The notes beneath the pieces are model-generated. The model searched no databases and was not told where the DNA came from. It worked only from the letters and a program-made list of their open reading frames with translations. A stretch of 62,684 nt of DNA, the filler included, from Asterionella formosa (lineage: Eukaryota), in assembly GCA_002256025.1 (NCBI GenBank). It is 14 parts of 14 records of this genome, joined end to end, with 100 filler letters (N's around TTAATTAATTAA, not from the genome) between each part and the next. Parts side by side here need not be neighbours in the genome. Positions count along the whole stretch, not along the records: positions 61,309 to 62,684 come from NKIB01002760.1; 13 more parts are not named here. The stretch is one strand, 5' to 3'. Position numbers and translations under genes: made by a program. Shown in pieces: positions 61,309-62,684 of this stretch. Each line of letters begins with the position of its first letter. Within the stretch, counting starts at the first letter, position 1.

Positions 61309-61900
61309 CAGGTTGTTCCAGTTCTTAAGTAGTAGTTAGCCATCAACCTTTCAATATGCCGAAGGATTTCATTCAATATTTTTTCAATCAGACTCCACCA
61401 TCATACCACTACATGTCTATTCTTTCCATGTTCATTGCCATACTTTATTGTACAAGTCAACACTGGCCATCACAAGTAATCTCCATCACATATAAAATAA
61501 TATCCTTTACATCCAATACTAGATGAATCCTCAGAGAACACATGCTATTCTTCCCTGCCCAGAAAATAATACCTATCATTTAAATTGGAAACGCAAGAGT
61601 TATATGATCGAATTTGACTGTGTGTTTGTAATTTCTTGCTCTTGGGTATAGGTAACAGATGGTCTAAATCTTTCTTATCTGACCGAAAATCGCCTCAAAA
61701 AACTAATGGATACCGCCCCTTTTGAACACCAGTTGTTGCTAGTGAAGTATAGAGGACACCAAGTAAGAGCAAGTGGAGGTCTGTGTAGAGAAGATTGGTG
61801 CAATCTTTCAATGATGGATCATAGTACTACTATCCATTTGAGATTCTTGCCATGCATGTCATAGAGCACTCTGAATATGCTATCATATGGAACACGAAAA
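61309..61900 (-). pseudogene. Degenerate PIF/Harbinger (Plant_tran-like) transposase
   Basis: Minus strand: KDCTNL, KGYYFICDGDYL*WPVLTC, VESD*KNIE..SFGILKG*W, matching GYY.ICDGGY.RWP and ES.RKD.EC.FGILK.RW. Confidence 0.75.
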
Positions 61901-62684
61901 ACCTTCCAAAAAAGCTTGTCATGCATGTGGTAATGTCCAATTGTAATTGGTTCTTTTCCGTTGTGAGGCAGGAGCTTCTTTCACCAACATGAGTCTTGCT
62001 TTGAAAATTGAGGTTGTTCATTTCTCCCTACCGGTACTTTTTTTTGATTTTGTTATTGGGTGGTGAAGATCATCAAATTGAATCTTCTTGTTGCATCTTG
62101 TACTCAATAATATCCTGACCATGAATGCCAGTATGCACTGTAATATTAAAATAGAGACCACATATAAAGTATACGGTAATGATGCATCAAAAGGAACTGT
62201 ATACTATATTACACTCCAGATCATCAGGTAGCTGATGGCAGGTACCTGACGGTAGTCCCAGTTAGTATCACCTATACCTGGTATAGTAATGATAGAGATA
62301 CTGGTATATACCGGTATTTCATGCATTCCGTTATACGTATTAACTAGCTCATCTCTCGCTCTCCTACCTACTATACAAGCAGGCTGGAACGCGCACAAAA
62401 AAACGTATTTCGTTTCTTGTGTTGCTTTTCTTGGAAGTTTGCCTCGGCATCACCCAACGTCGACTCCTGATTTGACTCTTTTCGTTTGCTCCATTGTCGA
62501 AAGAAGAATTGGAAGCGACGTGAGATTCCAATCAACAGAGCCTCAAGTTCAGAAGCACAGACAAACAATAAACACTACCCACTTCGAACATGACGTTGTC
62601 ACAAGAACGAACTACAATTTGTGAATCCTCGCCATTCGTTGGAACATGTGCTATTCAGCACCTTCGTTGGATACAGATGATACT

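Noticed and set aside
46540..62684. Apparent island of transposases with XRN1, SET and LRR genes as a defence or silencing system
   Set aside because: Each lies on a separate 1.38-kb contig joined artificially; there is no evidence of linkage.
684..62684. Fanzor/TnpB or other RNA-guided nuclease cargo in the transposons
   Set aside because: No RuvC I/II/III or matching zinc-finger pattern recognised in any ORF; a profile search of the decayed tracts would be needed to exclude it fully.

Overview
Eukaryotic nuclear DNA with GT-AG introns, most likely from a diatom or close stramenopile relative (GT48 beta-1,3-glucan synthase, a bipartite plastid presequence, a PGRL1 fragment, and transposase types resembling those I recall from diatoms). 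The window is not contiguous. Thirteen artificial 100-bp spacers (44 N + TTAATTAATTAA + 44 N) join 14 separate pieces: two of about 22.4 kb (1-22455, 24035-46439) and twelve of 1376-1379 bp. Host genes: MAP65/Ase1, a spliced hypothetical protein, a plastid-targeted HAD phosphatase, beta-1,3-glucan synthase, E2F, an amino acid transporter, eIF5, XRN1-like exoribonuclease and a SET-domain methyltransferase. The rest is mostly DNA transposons, largely decayed: a plant-type DD39D mariner with intact TIRs, a Zator-like element, an IS630/Tc1/mariner-type element with about 222 aa between the second D and the E, pogo elements and a MITE, and several PIF/Harbinger-type copies. Best leads: strong enrichment of the palindrome TACCGGTA in promoters and at repeat junctions; a PGRL1 exon fragment carried in a dispersed repeat; a MITE and a related element end whose repeated terminal motifs changed in concert; and a USP-like/LRR chimeric ORF. 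Family assignments come from motif recognition by eye, not database searches. I found no CRISPR, rRNA, intact tRNA or Fanzor/TnpB gene.
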